NCBI GenBank assembly: GCA_046330185.1
Contig: JAXLTF010000005.1
Location: 96,360-160,359, forward strand
DNA length: 64,000 bases
Reading direction: 5' to 3'
From: Actinomycetota bacterium
GTDB taxonomy: Bacteria; Actinomycetota; UBA4738; HRBIN12
Shown: piece by piece, positions 28,503-39,161 of the stretch
Layout: each line of letters opens with the position of its first letter
How positions within the stretch are numbered: the first letter of the stretch is position 1
Made by a program: the position numbers and the translations under genes
Notes under the pieces: model-generated
Database searches by the model: none
Told to the model about the DNA's origin: nothing
Seen by the model: only the letters and a program-made list of their open reading frames with translations

Positions 28503-28660
28503 CCTGATGACGCCCTTCGCGTGCATCTCGCGCTGCGGAGACGCCGATCGCCAGTTCTGCTCGTTGATGCGGCCGCACGACACCACGTCGATGGCGCACG
28601 TGACCCTCAGTCGATGAGTTCTGAGTTGTCGGGGGCCTTAGTCTTGAGAACACCCCTCGG

Positions 28661-28742
28661 TGGGAGGAGGAGGATTCGAACCTCCGTAGGCTACGCCGGC
28701 GATTTTACAGACCGCTCCCTTTGGCCACTCGGGCATCCTCCC
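28661..28742 (-). tRNA. tRNA-Tyr (anticodon GTA), type II with long variable arm
   Basis: Minus strand: GGGAGGA TG CCCGAGTGGCCAAAGGGA GCGGT CTGTAAA ATCGC CGGCGTAGCCTAC GGAGG TTCGAAT CCTCC TCCTCCC A; 7-bp acceptor stem, GTA anticodon, TTCGAAT T-loop. Confidence 0.8.
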
Positions 28743-28802
28743 GGGGACCACATAGTACGAGCCGCCCGCGGACGCGCCTGGAGGCTCGCCGATCGCCATC
28801 TC

Positions 28803-29624
28803 TCACGTGATGGCGATCGTGTCGTCACCCGTCGCGAGCTGGATGGCCTCGCTGAACCCGTCGGTCGCACCCCGTTGGAAGTAGCGAACCGCCGCCGGAC
28901 CAGGTCCGAACGCGATGTTGCTCTCGGGCTGCAGCTCGACGGACCAGGCCGGAGCGGCGCCGGGGTCGCAGGACAAGCCACCGGACAGGTAGACGCGCGC
29001 GATGAACATGCCGTCGCGGAGCTGCCGGACGGCCGCCTCCAGGTAGACGATGGAGCGCTCGGAACAGCTCATGGTCCCCGTCACGGTGATGTCACCGCTG
29101 AGAGGGTCCGTGCGGCCGCCCGTGATCTCGATCGACGCCTTCAACGGCTCCGCGTTGACACGCTCGACGTGCAGGACGAGATGTCCACCGATCCCGTCGA
29201 CCCCCGAGCCGCAGCACGCCGACACCATGATCGTGTAGGCGACACCCGCCTGCCCTCGGAAGCGAACCCCCGCATCCAGCCCGAACCGGTCGTCGTTGCA
29301 CTCCAGGATCTCGGGCGGGCGCCGGCCCGCGAGGAAGACGGTCAACACCGTGTCGTACCCGCTCCCGACGGTATCGACCTGATAGCGGCCGCCCGTGGTC
29401 GGCTCGAGCCGGAAGAAGACCGATGCGTTGTTCCCGCATCCGCGAGGGCCGTCCGCGGTCGCGTCGGTCGTGTCCTGTTCGTGCACGAACGGGAGACCCG
29501 TCACCGAGATCGCGCCCGCTTCGCTGTCGTTCGTGGGCGTCGCCGCCGATGCGACGGATCCACCGAGCAACGCCGACGCACAGGCGACGACCAGCGCCGA
29601 GCCGAACCGGAACGATGTGCGCAT
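28803..29624 (-). CDS. secreted hypothetical protein
   Basis: From internal Met: signal peptide MRTSFRFGSALVVACASALLGGSVASA; Cys-rich, Gly-rich mature part. Confidence 0.45.
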   Translation of the reverse strand: MRTSFRFGSALVVACASALLGGSVASAATPTNDSEAGAISVTGLPFVHEQDTTDATADGPRGCGNNASVFFRLEPTTGGRYQVDTVGSGYDTVLTVFLAGRRPPEILECNDDRFGLDAGVRFRGQAGVAYTIMVSACCGSGVDGIGGHLVLHVERVNAEPLKASIEITGGRTDPLSGDITVTGTMSCSERSIVYLEAAVRQLRDGMFIARVYLSGGLSCDPGAAPAWSVELQPESNIAFGPGPAAVRYFQRGATDGFSEAIQLATGDDTIAIT

Positions 29625-29735
29625 CGTCAACCCTCCCTGCTGCGGCGGGCCCGGCTCCATGCCTCCTGGTCATCCAAGACCCGATCCCGTCGGCCGTCAA
29701 GCGCCGGCGTCGGCGCCGGCGCTAGAATCCGCCGC

Positions 29736-30233
29736 ATGGCCAAGGAGCAGTTCTCGTTCGACATCGTCTCCGAGGTCGACATGCAGGAGGTCCGCAACGC
29801 CGTGGACCAGGCCGGCCGTGAGATCGCGCAGCGCTTCGACTTCAAGAACACCGACACGAGCATCAGCCAGGACCACACGACGATCGAGCTCCGGTCCTCC
29901 ACCGAGGATCGGCTCAAGGCCGCGGCCCAGGTGCTGAAGGACAAGGCGATCAAGCGGAGCATCCCGCTGAAGGCCCTCTCCGAAGGGGAGGTCCACAGCG
30001 CGGCGAAGGGCCACGTCCGCCAGGCCGTCACCGTGCTCACCGGGATCGGCGACGAGAAGGCCAAGGAGATCTCGAAGTTCGTGCGCTCGTCCGTCCCGAA
30101 GGTCCAGACGCAGATCCAGGGCTACCAGATCCGGGTCTCGGGCAAGAACAAGGACGACCTGCAGGCGGCGATCCGCGCCGTCAAGGAGCACGACTTCGGC
30201 ATCGCGCTCCAGTTCACGAACTACCGTCCCTAG
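29736..30233 (+). CDS. yajQ: YajQ-family nucleotide-binding protein (UPF0234)
   Basis: 165 aa; MAKEQFSFDIVSEVDMQEVRNAVDQAGREIAQRFDFKNTD... matches YajQ across its length; the upstream 400 aa of the track ORF are junk. Confidence 0.85.
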   Translation: MAKEQFSFDIVSEVDMQEVRNAVDQAGREIAQRFDFKNTDTSISQDHTTIELRSSTEDRLKAAAQVLKDKAIKRSIPLKALSEGEVHSAAKGHVRQAVTVLTGIGDEKAKEISKFVRSSVPKVQTQIQGYQIRVSGKNKDDLQAAIRAVKEHDFGIALQFTNYRP

Positions 30234-30313
30234 CTGGGCGGACGCCGCTCGGCCGCGCGTTGCTTCCGGCGGTTCGCGGCCGGTAGGCTGGCCGGACTCA
30301 GGAGGTGATACGC

Positions 30314-31693
30314 GTGGACGTCGACCGTCTGAAAGCGCGTGCGGCGGAGATCGCCGAGAGGGAAACGAAGGTCCTGCTGGACCGGACCCCGGGCTCGAAG
30401 GCGCTGCACGAGCGCGCCCTGAAGAGCCTGCCGAACGGGGTGGCGTCGAACTTCCAGGCCGGGGACCCCTACCCCGTCTACCTGCAGCGAGGCTCCGGCT
30501 CGAACGTCTGGGACGTGGACGGGACGCGCTACACGGACTTCCACGGAGGCTTCGGGGTCAACGTCGTCGGACACGCCCACCCGCTGATCGTCGAGGCGAT
30601 CCGCAAGGTCGCGGACCAGGGCATCCACTTCGCCGTGACGACCGAGTCCACGGTCGCGCTGGCCGAGGAGATCTGCTCGCGGTTCGAGCTGGAGCAGATG
30701 CGCTTCGTGAACTCGGGAACCGAGGCGACGATGGACGCGCTGCGCGTCGCCCGGGCGGCCACCGGGCGCGACAAGATCATCAAGATGGAGGGCTCGTACC
30801 ACGGTCATCACGACTCGGTGCTGTTCTCGGTCGTGCCCGAGGCGGACGTGCTCGACATGCGCCACGAGGTTGAGCACGAGAAGAGCTGGTACACGACCGA
30901 GCCGACGTCGAGGGGGATCCCGAAGGCGCTCTGGGAAACCGTGATCGTCGTGCCGTTCAACGACGCCGCCGCGGTGGAGGAGGCGTTCCGGGACCATCCG
31001 GGCGAGATCGCCGCCGTGATACTCGAGCCCGTGATGATGAACATCGGCCTGGTCGTGCCCCAGCGCGGCTACCTGCAGGCGCTGCGCGACGCTTGCGAGG
31101 CGAACGGCGCGGCCCTGATCTACGACGAGGTCAAGTGCGGCGGCACGATCGCCTACGGCGGCACGACCGAACGCTTCGGCGTGCGCCCGCACCTGGCGGC
31201 CTTCGCGAAGGCCGTCGGCGGCGGCGCCACGATCGGGGCGTTCGGGGGTGAGGCTCGGTTCATGGAGTGGGTGACGAAGGGCGCCGCCCAGCAGGGCACG
31301 TTCAACGGGAACCCGCTCTCGGTAGCCGCCGGCCTGGCCGCGCTCACCCAGGTCCTTACGAAGGACGCTTACGTCGAGCTCGGCCGGATGGGGACGATGC
31401 TCGCCGACGGCTGCCAGCGCGCCCTCGACGAGAACGGGATCCCGGGTCACGCGGTCGACCTCGGCGCGAAGGGCTGCGTCTCGTACCGGCCCGAGCCCCT
31501 GCAGAACTACCGGGACTTCCTGGAGACGATCCCCGACTTCTTCTACGCGAGCTTCGCATGGATGATCAACCGGGGCGTCTTCATGACGCCGGGCGACGAG
31601 GAGCAGTGGACGATCTCGGTCCAGCACTCCGACGACGACATCCGCTCGTACCTGAACGCCTTCGGGGAGTTCTGCGGGGAGCTCGCCGGCTAG
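30314..31693 (+). CDS. class III PLP-dependent aminotransferase (GSA-aminomutase-like)
   Basis: GGFGVNVVGHAHP, VNSGTEATMDALRVARAATGRDKIIKMEGSYHGHHD, KCGGTIAYGG blocks; GTG start 9 nt after an AGGAGG site. Confidence 0.8.
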   Translation: MDVDRLKARAAEIAERETKVLLDRTPGSKALHERALKSLPNGVASNFQAGDPYPVYLQRGSGSNVWDVDGTRYTDFHGGFGVNVVGHAHPLIVEAIRKVADQGIHFAVTTESTVALAEEICSRFELEQMRFVNSGTEATMDALRVARAATGRDKIIKMEGSYHGHHDSVLFSVVPEADVLDMRHEVEHEKSWYTTEPTSRGIPKALWETVIVVPFNDAAAVEEAFRDHPGEIAAVILEPVMMNIGLVVPQRGYLQALRDACEANGAALIYDEVKCGGTIAYGGTTERFGVRPHLAAFAKAVGGGATIGAFGGEARFMEWVTKGAAQQGTFNGNPLSVAAGLAALTQVLTKDAYVELGRMGTMLADGCQRALDENGIPGHAVDLGAKGCVSYRPEPLQNYRDFLETIPDFFYASFAWMINRGVFMTPGDEEQWTISVQHSDDDIRSYLNAFGEFCGELAG

Positions 31694-31781
31694 CTTCGGG
31701 CGGCGGAGGGCTCGGCGGTTCCCGAACGGGGCCGGTCCGAAGGGCCGGCCCCGCGTCGCGTGCGGCACCAGGAGGGCTGCG

Positions 31782-33137
31782 ATGCAGGACATGCACCGGT
31801 ACACCGACGAGACGGAGGCGCTCTTCCGGGCGATCCGGGACCACGTCCGCCACCGGATCGCCACCCCTGCCCCGCTCGACGGCCCCGCCTCGGCCGAGAC
31901 GCTCGCCGCGGCCGCCGGCGCGACGATCACGCCGGCTGGGATCGGCGGGCCGGAGGCCCTGCGGATCTGGGCGGAGGTCCTCGCGCCCGCCACGGTCTCG
32001 ACCGACCACCCGGCCTTCCTGGCGTTCGTCCCCGGGGCTCCCAGCCGGGCGAGCGTCCTGTTCGACCTGGTGATCTCGGCGTCGTCCGCCTACGCGGGGA
32101 GCTGGCTCGAGGGGGCGGGCGCCGTCTGGGCCGAGAACCAGGCCCTGCGGTGGATCGCGGACCTCGCCGGACTCCCGCCCGGGGCCGGGGGATGCTTCGT
32201 GTCCGGAGGCACGAACGGGAACCTGTCCGCCCTGGTCGCGGCGCGACACACCATGGCCGCGCGGATGGGACGGCGGCCCGCGCGATGGAAGGTGGCCGCC
32301 ACCGACACCGTGCACTCGTCGGTCGCCTCGGCCGCCGCCGTGATGGACGTCGACGTGATCTCGGTCCCCCACGACGAGCGCGGACGACTCACCGGGGATC
32401 GCCTCTCGGCGCGCCTGGGCGAGATCGACTCCCGGGGACTGTTCGCCGTGGTGGCCAGCGCGGGGTCCACGAACGCCGGCGTCGTCGACGACCTGGCCGG
32501 CGTGGCCGAGGTGTGCGCCGAGCGGGAGGTCTGGTTCCACGTCGACGGCGCGTACGGGGGCGCCGGCCTGGTGGCTCCGTCGGTCCGCGATCGATTCACG
32601 GGCGTCGAGCACGCCGATTCATTCATCGTCGACCCCCACAAGTGGCTCTTCGCCCCCTTCGACGCCTGCGCCCTGCTCTATCGCGATCCCGCGCTGGCCA
32701 GGGCCGCGCATCGCCAGGAGGCGTCGTACCTGGACTCGCTGAACGCGACGCCGGACTGGAACGCCAGCGACTACGCCCACCACCTGACCCGGCGGGCGCG
32801 CGGGCTCCCCCTGTGGTTCTCGCTCGCCACGTACGGCACCGACGCCTACCGGGACGCGGTCGAACGGGTCCTCGCCGTCACCCGTGAGAGCGCCGACGAG
32901 ATCCGGAGCCGGGACGGGCTGGAGCTGGTCATGGAGCCGGAGCTCTCGGTGCTGCTCTTCCGCCGGCTCGGATGGTCCGCCGACGACTACGAGGCGTGGT
33001 GGCCGCGTCTGCTCGAGGAGCAGATCGGCTTCGTGCAGCCGACGACCTGGGCGGGCGAGAGGGTCGCTCGGCTCTGCTTCGTGAGCCCGCTCACGACACT
33101 CGACGACGTGAACGCGATCCTCGACGCGATGGCCTAG
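31782..33137 (+). CDS. group II pyridoxal-dependent decarboxylase (amino-acid / diaminobutyrate decarboxylase family)
   Basis: FVSGGTNGNLSALVAARH, HVDGAYGG, PHKWLFAPFDAC blocks; 451 aa. Confidence 0.8.
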   Translation: MQDMHRYTDETEALFRAIRDHVRHRIATPAPLDGPASAETLAAAAGATITPAGIGGPEALRIWAEVLAPATVSTDHPAFLAFVPGAPSRASVLFDLVISASSAYAGSWLEGAGAVWAENQALRWIADLAGLPPGAGGCFVSGGTNGNLSALVAARHTMAARMGRRPARWKVAATDTVHSSVASAAAVMDVDVISVPHDERGRLTGDRLSARLGEIDSRGLFAVVASAGSTNAGVVDDLAGVAEVCAEREVWFHVDGAYGGAGLVAPSVRDRFTGVEHADSFIVDPHKWLFAPFDACALLYRDPALARAAHRQEASYLDSLNATPDWNASDYAHHLTRRARGLPLWFSLATYGTDAYRDAVERVLAVTRESADEIRSRDGLELVMEPELSVLLFRRLGWSADDYEAWWPRLLEEQIGFVQPTTWAGERVARLCFVSPLTTLDDVNAILDAMA

Positions 33138-34027
33138 GCACCCGAGATCGGCGAGCCGCCACGGAGCTGCTGCCCGATCGCCTCCAGGCGCGCGATCCGC
33201 TCCTCGGTGGGCGGGTGCGTCGAGAACAGGTTCGCGAACCCACGGCCCTTCAGCGCAGCCATCGGGTTCATGATGAACAGGTGCGCCTCGGCTGGGCTCA
33301 CGCTGGACGGCGGCGGGACGCGCCGAACGCCCACCTCCAGCTTGCGGAGCGCGCCCGCCAGGGCCTCCGGGTCGTGCGAGAGGTACGCCCCCGACTCGTC
33401 GGCCTGGTACTCACGAGAGCGCGAGACCGCCATCTGGATGATCGCGGCCGCGATCGGGGCGAGGATCCATGCGAACAGCACGCCGAAGGCGCCGAGCGGG
33501 TTGCCGCCTCGGTCGTCGTTCCCGCCGAAGAACAACGCGAACCGCGCGAGGAACGTGATGCTCATGCCGATCGCGGCCGCGATCGAGGAGATGAGGATGT
33601 CGCGGTTCGCGACGTGGGAGAGCTCGTGCGCGAGCACGCCGCGGAGCTCGCGCTCGTCGAGGAGCTCCAGGATCCCCGCGGTCACCGAGACGGCCGCGTG
33701 CTTGGGGTTGCGGCCCGTGGCGAACGCGTTGGGCTGGGTCATCGCCGAGACGTAGATCGCGGGCATCGGCATGCCGCGCGCCTGGGTCAGCTCTCGGACG
33801 ATCCGGTACAGGGCCGGCTGCTCCTGCTCGGTCACCGGCTTCGAACGGGTCGTCGCGATCGCGATCTTGTCCGAGAACCAGTACATGCCGAAGTTGAACA
33901 GCAGGGCGAACCCCAGGGCCCAGACGGCCCCGGAGGTGCCGCCGATCCAGGCGCCGATCAGGACGAACAGGCCGCCCAGGGCGGCGATCAGGATCCAGGT
34001 CTTGACCCGATTGATCCCGGGCTGCAC
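33134..34027 (-). CDS. htpX: zinc metalloprotease HtpX (M48 family)
   Basis: N-terminal TMs; HELSHVANRDIL (HExxH); second pair of TMs; 297 aa. Confidence 0.85.
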   Translation of the reverse strand: MQPGINRVKTWILIAALGGLFVLIGAWIGGTSGAVWALGFALLFNFGMYWFSDKIAIATTRSKPVTEQEQPALYRIVRELTQARGMPMPAIYVSAMTQPNAFATGRNPKHAAVSVTAGILELLDERELRGVLAHELSHVANRDILISSIAAAIGMSITFLARFALFFGGNDDRGGNPLGAFGVLFAWILAPIAAAIIQMAVSRSREYQADESGAYLSHDPEALAGALRKLEVGVRRVPPPSSVSPAEAHLFIMNPMAALKGRGFANLFSTHPPTEERIARLEAIGQQLRGGSPISGA

Positions 34028-34149
34028 GGTCGTTCCCCTCCTTCGGCCCGCGCGGTGCGCGGGTCATCCCGTACCGATGCTCTCACAGGCCCTTCGCTCC
34101 GCCGCCGACCCAGGTTCGCTCGCCGACCTGGGAGAACGCTGTGCGCCGC

Positions 34150-35619
34150 TCAGCTGCCGACCAGCGTCGAGATCCCCGCGGCGTCCGCGAACGGGGTCGG
34201 GAAGACGAACAGGGCCACGATCGCGATCGTCGCGAGGGCGACCACCGCGGTGACCAGCGCCGGCGACCTGAGCGGGGACTCGTCGACGGCCGGCTCGAAG
34301 ATCATCTCCCGCGGCACCGCCAGGTAGTAGTAGATGCTCACGACCGAGTTGATCAGCATGATCACCGCGAGCGAGAGGCCGAGCCCGCCGCCCCGGTCGA
34401 TGGCGACCCGGAAGATCAGGATCTTGGCCCAGAACCCGCCCGTCGGCGGGATCCCGGCCAGCGAGATCATGAACGTGGTCATCCCCACCGCCATCAGCGG
34501 AGCCGTCCGGATGAGCCCGGCGAAGTCCTTGAACAGCAGCAGTGGGTGACGGCGGCTGACCGCGGTCGCCACGGCGAACGCGCCCAGGTTCATCACGCCG
34601 TAGATCAGGATGTAGGCGACCGCCGCCGCGAACGCGTCCTTGTTCGTCGCGGCATCGTTCGTCACCAGCGCGAACGGGAGCAGCATGTAACCGGCCTGCG
34701 CGATACCGGAGTACGCGAGGAGCCGGACGACCTGGTTCTGCTGCAGCGCGACCAGGTTCCCCACCGACATCGTGGCGATCGAGAAGAACGCGAAGATCGG
34801 GACCCAGAACTCCCACTGCCCTATGAACGCCACGAACATCAGCTGCAGCAAGCCCGCGAAGCCCGCCGCCTTCGATGCCACCGCGAGGAACGCGGCGACC
34901 GGAACGGGGGCGCCCTCGTACGTGTCGGGGGCCCAGAACTGGAACGGGAACGCCGAGACCTTGAACGCGAACCCGACCACGACGAACAGGATCGCGGCCA
35001 GCGCCAGCGTCTCCTGGTCCGAGGGGAGGTTCCCCAGCCTGGCGGCGATCGCGGACAGGCCGGTCTCGCCGCGGGTCACGCCGTAGATGAGGCTCATCCC
35101 GAACAGCATCACGGCGGTCGACAGGACGCCGATCAGGAAGAACTTGAGCCCGCCCTCGTTCCCAAGCGGGTCCGCCTTGCGGAAGGCGGCCATCAGGAAG
35201 CCCGGGGCGGAGACCAGCTCGAGCGAGATGAACAGCAGCAGCAGGTCGCGGCTGGCCGGCATCAGCATGCAGCCCAGGAACGAGGTGAGCAGGAGGAAGT
35301 AGTACTCGCCCTGGTAGAAGCCTCCCTCCCGGAAGTAGCGGAGAGAGATCGCGAGCACCACGATCGCGACGACCAGGAAGAAGATCTGGAACAGCACCGC
35401 GAAGTTGTCGACGACGAACGTGCCTCCGAACGTCTCGCGCGGGAGGCTCCCCAGGAGGGTGAGCTCCGCGATCAGCGTCGCGACGACGCCGATCATCGAC
35501 AGCGGCATCGCGAGCCACTTGCGTTGAGGGGAGAGGAAGACGTCGACGACCAGGACCACGACGATGGTCCCGGACAGGATCAGCTCGGGCAGGATCGCGT
35601 GGTAGTCGATCGCGCTCAT
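34150..35619 (-). CDS. nuoN: NADH-quinone oxidoreductase subunit N (partial cluster 1)
   Basis: 489 aa antiporter-like subunit; MSAIDYHAILPELILSG. Confidence 0.9.
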   Translation of the reverse strand: MSAIDYHAILPELILSGTIVVVLVVDVFLSPQRKWLAMPLSMIGVVATLIAELTLLGSLPRETFGGTFVVDNFAVLFQIFFLVVAIVVLAISLRYFREGGFYQGEYYFLLLTSFLGCMLMPASRDLLLLFISLELVSAPGFLMAAFRKADPLGNEGGLKFFLIGVLSTAVMLFGMSLIYGVTRGETGLSAIAARLGNLPSDQETLALAAILFVVVGFAFKVSAFPFQFWAPDTYEGAPVPVAAFLAVASKAAGFAGLLQLMFVAFIGQWEFWVPIFAFFSIATMSVGNLVALQQNQVVRLLAYSGIAQAGYMLLPFALVTNDAATNKDAFAAAVAYILIYGVMNLGAFAVATAVSRRHPLLLFKDFAGLIRTAPLMAVGMTTFMISLAGIPPTGGFWAKILIFRVAIDRGGGLGLSLAVIMLINSVVSIYYYLAVPREMIFEPAVDESPLRSPALVTAVVALATIAIVALFVFPTPFADAAGISTLVGS

Positions 35620-35647
35620 CGGCGGCTCCCGGGGGCATCGGCCACGT

Positions 35648-37174
35648 CTACGCTCCGAACAACCCCATCAGCGACGCGACGGCGCTGTCGGTGACCCCGA
35701 ACACCAGCCGGGGGAACAGCCCCAGCACCAGGATCCCGACGAGCAGCGGGAGCCACGCGAGCCACTCGACCGTGAGGATGTCGCTGAACGGATGCTCCCG
35801 CCAGTTCTCCGGCATCACGCCCAGGTTCACCCGCTGGAGCATCCACAGGAAGTACCCCGCGGTCAGGATCGTCCCGATCCCGCCCGCGATCATGAACGCG
35901 CGGAACAACGCGACGTTCAGCCCCGGGCCGGGCTCGAACGAGGACAGCAGGGCCATGACCTCGCCCCAGAACCCGGCCAGGCCGGGGAGACCCAGGGACG
36001 CGATCGCGACGAACGCGAATATCCCGGCGAGCCTGGGCATCTTCTGGGCCATCCCGCCGCCGATGACCGCGATCTCTCGCGTGTGGTAGCGGTCGTAGAT
36101 GGACCCGACGCAGAAGAAGAGCATCCCCGTGATCACGCCGTGGGCGACCATGCCGAAGATCGCCGCCTGGATCCCGATCTCGGTGAGCGTCGCGATCCCG
36201 AGCATCACGAACCCCATGTGTCCGACGGAGGAGAACGCGATCAGGCGCTTCAGGTCCTTCTGCGCGAGGCACGCCAGGGCCGCGTAGACGATGGCGATCG
36301 CCGCCAACCCTCCGATCCAGGGCGCGTACGCCTGCGCGCCCTCGGGCAGGACCGGCAGCGCGATCCGGATGAACCCGTAGGTGCCCATCTTCAGCATGAT
36401 CCCGGCCAGCAGGACGGAGCCGATGGTGGGGGCCTCCGTGTGCGCGTCGGGCAGCCACGTGTGGAACGGCCACATCGGCACCTTGACGGCGAACCCGAGC
36501 GCCACCGCCCCGAACACGATCAGCTGGAACGTGTGGCTGAACCCGCCGCCGGCGCCGAACTCGGTCAGCCGTACCAGGTCGAAGGTGTGCGGCTCCGGAC
36601 CCTGGAAGTACATCGCCAGGAACCCCAGCAGCATGAAGATCGACCCAAGCAGGGTGTACAGGAAGAACTTGATCGCCGCGTACTCGCGGTTCGACGACCC
36701 CCAGATCCCGATCAGGAAGTACATCGGGACCAGCACCATCTCCCAGAAGACGAAGAACAGGATGAGGTCGAACGCGATGAACGTCCCGGCCATGCCGGTC
36801 TCGAGCAGCAGCATCAGGGCGATGAAGGCCTTGGTGCGGCCCGGGTCCGGCACGTACTTCCAGGTGTAGATCGCGCAGAGGAACGACAGGACGAAGGTCA
36901 GCACGTACAGCGGCATCGAGATGCCGTCGATCGCGACGTGGTAGCGGGCGCCGATCGCCGGGATCCACGGGACGTCGAGCGTGAACTGGAGCCCTCCGTG
37001 CGCGTAGTCGAAGCCCGCGGCGATCGCGATCGCCAGGACCAGGGCGGCGCCGCTGATGCCGATCCCCAGGCCGCGGGTCAGCCGATCCTTCTCCTTAGGG
37101 ATGAACATGATCACCAACGCGCCCGCCACGGGCAGCAGCGTGGTGATCGTGATCGCCGACTCCTGCCAGTTCAT
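35648..37174 (-). CDS. nuoM: NADH-quinone oxidoreductase subunit M (cluster 1)
   Basis: 508 aa; MNWQESAITITTLLPVAGALVIMFIPKEK. Confidence 0.9.
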   Translation of the reverse strand: MNWQESAITITTLLPVAGALVIMFIPKEKDRLTRGLGIGISGAALVLAIAIAAGFDYAHGGLQFTLDVPWIPAIGARYHVAIDGISMPLYVLTFVLSFLCAIYTWKYVPDPGRTKAFIALMLLLETGMAGTFIAFDLILFFVFWEMVLVPMYFLIGIWGSSNREYAAIKFFLYTLLGSIFMLLGFLAMYFQGPEPHTFDLVRLTEFGAGGGFSHTFQLIVFGAVALGFAVKVPMWPFHTWLPDAHTEAPTIGSVLLAGIMLKMGTYGFIRIALPVLPEGAQAYAPWIGGLAAIAIVYAALACLAQKDLKRLIAFSSVGHMGFVMLGIATLTEIGIQAAIFGMVAHGVITGMLFFCVGSIYDRYHTREIAVIGGGMAQKMPRLAGIFAFVAIASLGLPGLAGFWGEVMALLSSFEPGPGLNVALFRAFMIAGGIGTILTAGYFLWMLQRVNLGVMPENWREHPFSDILTVEWLAWLPLLVGILVLGLFPRLVFGVTDSAVASLMGLFGA

Positions 37175-37193
37175 CGGTGCCTCACGCTCCCTC

Positions 37194-39161
37194 TCACGCG
37201 ATCCTCACGAACACGATCGTCAGCGCGATCACGCCCACGAACAGCGCCACCGCGTACCACTGCACGTTGCCGCTCTGGATGAACCGGAGCGCGGCGCCGA
37301 AGCCGCGCGTCACCTGGCCGGCGCCGTTCACCGCGCCGTCGATGACGTTGCGGTCGAACCAACCGATCGCGCCGGACGCGCGGCGCGTGACGTGCGCGGC
37401 CCCGTTCACGATGCCGTCCAGCACGTGCTGGTTGAACCAGTAGGCCCCCGCCGAGACCGAGTCGCGTATCGGGTAGACGATGCCCCTCAGGTAGACGTCG
37501 TCCAGGTAGTACTTGTGCTCCAGGATCCGCGAGAGCGCGCCCAGCTCGAGCGTCGGGTCGGGGTCGCGGTACCTGCGGTACACGACGAAGCCCGCCACGG
37601 CTCCGGCCGCGGCCGCGGCCGTCGAGAGCAGCGCGACCCACGCCACGAAGCTGATCTCCTCCGGGTGCTCCAGGAAGACCCAGTCGAAGAACACGGCGCC
37701 GGTCGCCGCGGCCCCCAGGAGCCCGACGAACAGCGTGGCGCCGGCCAGCGCGACCAGGGGCCCGGTCATCGAGGCGGGCGACTCGTGCGGATGCGCCTCG
37801 CCCCGGTACTCGCCCGTGAACGTCATCATCACCATGCGGGCGGTGTAGAAGGCCGTGAGGAGCGCCGTGATCACGAAGACCGCGAAGGCGACCTCGTGTC
37901 CGACGGAGGCGGCCACCAGCAGCTCGTCCTTCGACCAGAAGCCCGCGAGCGGCGGGATCCCCGCCAGGGCGAGCGACCCGATCGCGAAGGTCCAGAACGT
38001 GATCGGCATCGGGCGTCGCAGGCCGCCCATCTCGCGCATGTCGTTCGAGTGCACGGCGTGGATCACCGAACCAGCGCCCAGGAACAGGAGCGCCTTGAAG
38101 AAGGCGTGGGTGAACAGGTGGAAGAACGCGGCGTTGCGCCCGGCCTCTCCTAGCGACATCGCGAGCACCATGTATGCGAGCTGCGAGACCGTCGAGTACG
38201 CCAGGACCTTCTTGATGTCGAACTGGACCAGGGCAAGCAACGCGGCGCCGAGCATCGTGATGCCGCCAACGATGCCGACCACCTGCAGCACGAACGGGTC
38301 GGCTTCCAGGAAGACCTGGAACATGCGGCCCACCAGGTAGACGCCGGCGGCGACCATCGTGGCGGCATGGATCAGCGCCGAGACGGGCGTGGGCCCCGCC
38401 ATCGCGTCGGGGAGCCAGACGTGCAGCGGGAACTGGGCCGACTTGCCGATCGTGCCGCCGAACAGCAACAGCGCCGCGGCCGAGACCAGGGCCGGAGACA
38501 CGGCCGGTCCGCCGACCAGCTCGGAGATGGCCTGGATGTTCGAGGTCGTGAACCCGGTCGCGAAGATCAGCGCGAAGATCCCGAACATGAACGGAACGTC
38601 GCCGACGCGGGTCGTGAGGAACGCCTTGATCGCTGCGCTCGAGTTCTCCTTCGCCTCGTACCAGTGGCCGATCAGCAGGTAGGAGCAGATGCCCATGACC
38701 TCCCAGCCGACGAGCAACTGGATCAGGTTGTCGGCGATCACGACGTTCAGCATCGCGCCGGTGAACATCGACAGGACCACGTAGAACCACGTGAACCGCA
38801 CGTCGCCGTGCATGTACCCGAGCGAATAGACGTGAACGCAGAGCGAGACCGAGGTGACGACGACCAGCATCACCGCGGTGAGGCCGTCGACGTACTGGCC
38901 GAGCTCGACGTGGAACGGGCCCACCGAGAACCAGGGGACGCTGCTGGCGTACACGCTGCCGCCCTGGACGAAATGCCAGAGCACGGCGAGCGACATCACG
39001 AACCCGGCGCCCACGGCCGCGATCCCGAAGCCGGAGCCCTTGCCGGGGGCGCGCTTGCCGAAGAACAGGATCAGGGCGGCCGACACGAACGGCAGCAGGG
39101 CTATCACCCAGGTGTACCGGATGATCCCGGAGGCGGCCTCGTGCGCGGTCTCGGCTACCAC
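37194..39161 (-). CDS. nuoL: NADH-quinone oxidoreductase subunit L (cluster 1), long form with C-terminal extension
   Basis: GTG start overlapping the nuoK stop; [23 protein letters not shown]-terminus; about 656 aa. Confidence 0.85.
   Translation of the reverse strand: MVAETAHEAASGIIRYTWVIALLPFVSAALILFFGKRAPGKGSGFGIAAVGAGFVMSLAVLWHFVQGGSVYASSVPWFSVGPFHVELGQYVDGLTAVMLVVVTSVSLCVHVYSLGYMHGDVRFTWFYVVLSMFTGAMLNVVIADNLIQLLVGWEVMGICSYLLIGHWYEAKENSSAAIKAFLTTRVGDVPFMFGIFALIFATGFTTSNIQAISELVGGPAVSPALVSAAALLLFGGTIGKSAQFPLHVWLPDAMAGPTPVSALIHAATMVAAGVYLVGRMFQVFLEADPFVLQVVGIVGGITMLGAALLALVQFDIKKVLAYSTVSQLAYMVLAMSLGEAGRNAAFFHLFTHAFFKALLFLGAGSVIHAVHSNDMREMGGLRRPMPITFWTFAIGSLALAGIPPLAGFWSKDELLVAASVGHEVAFAVFVITALLTAFYTARMVMMTFTGEYRGEAHPHESPASMTGPLVALAGATLFVGLLGAAATGAVFFDWVFLEHPEEISFVAWVALLSTAAAAAGAVAGFVVYRRYRDPDPTLELGALSRILEHKYYLDDVYLRGIVYPIRDSVSAGAYWFNQHVLDGIVNGAAHVTRRASGAIGWFDRNVIDGAVNGAGQVTRGFGAALRFIQSGNVQWYAVALFVGVIALTIVFVRIA

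Noticed and set aside
21117-28670. att direct repeats derived from the tRNA-Tyr 3' end
   Set aside because: The best match between the island edges is 8 bp (TCGGTGGG), not distinguishable from chance at this GC content.
28521-30233. 570-aa ORF
   Set aside because: Only the last 165 codons (YajQ, from MAKEQFSF) are credible; the upstream part is R/D/A-rich and overlaps the divergent secreted-protein gene.
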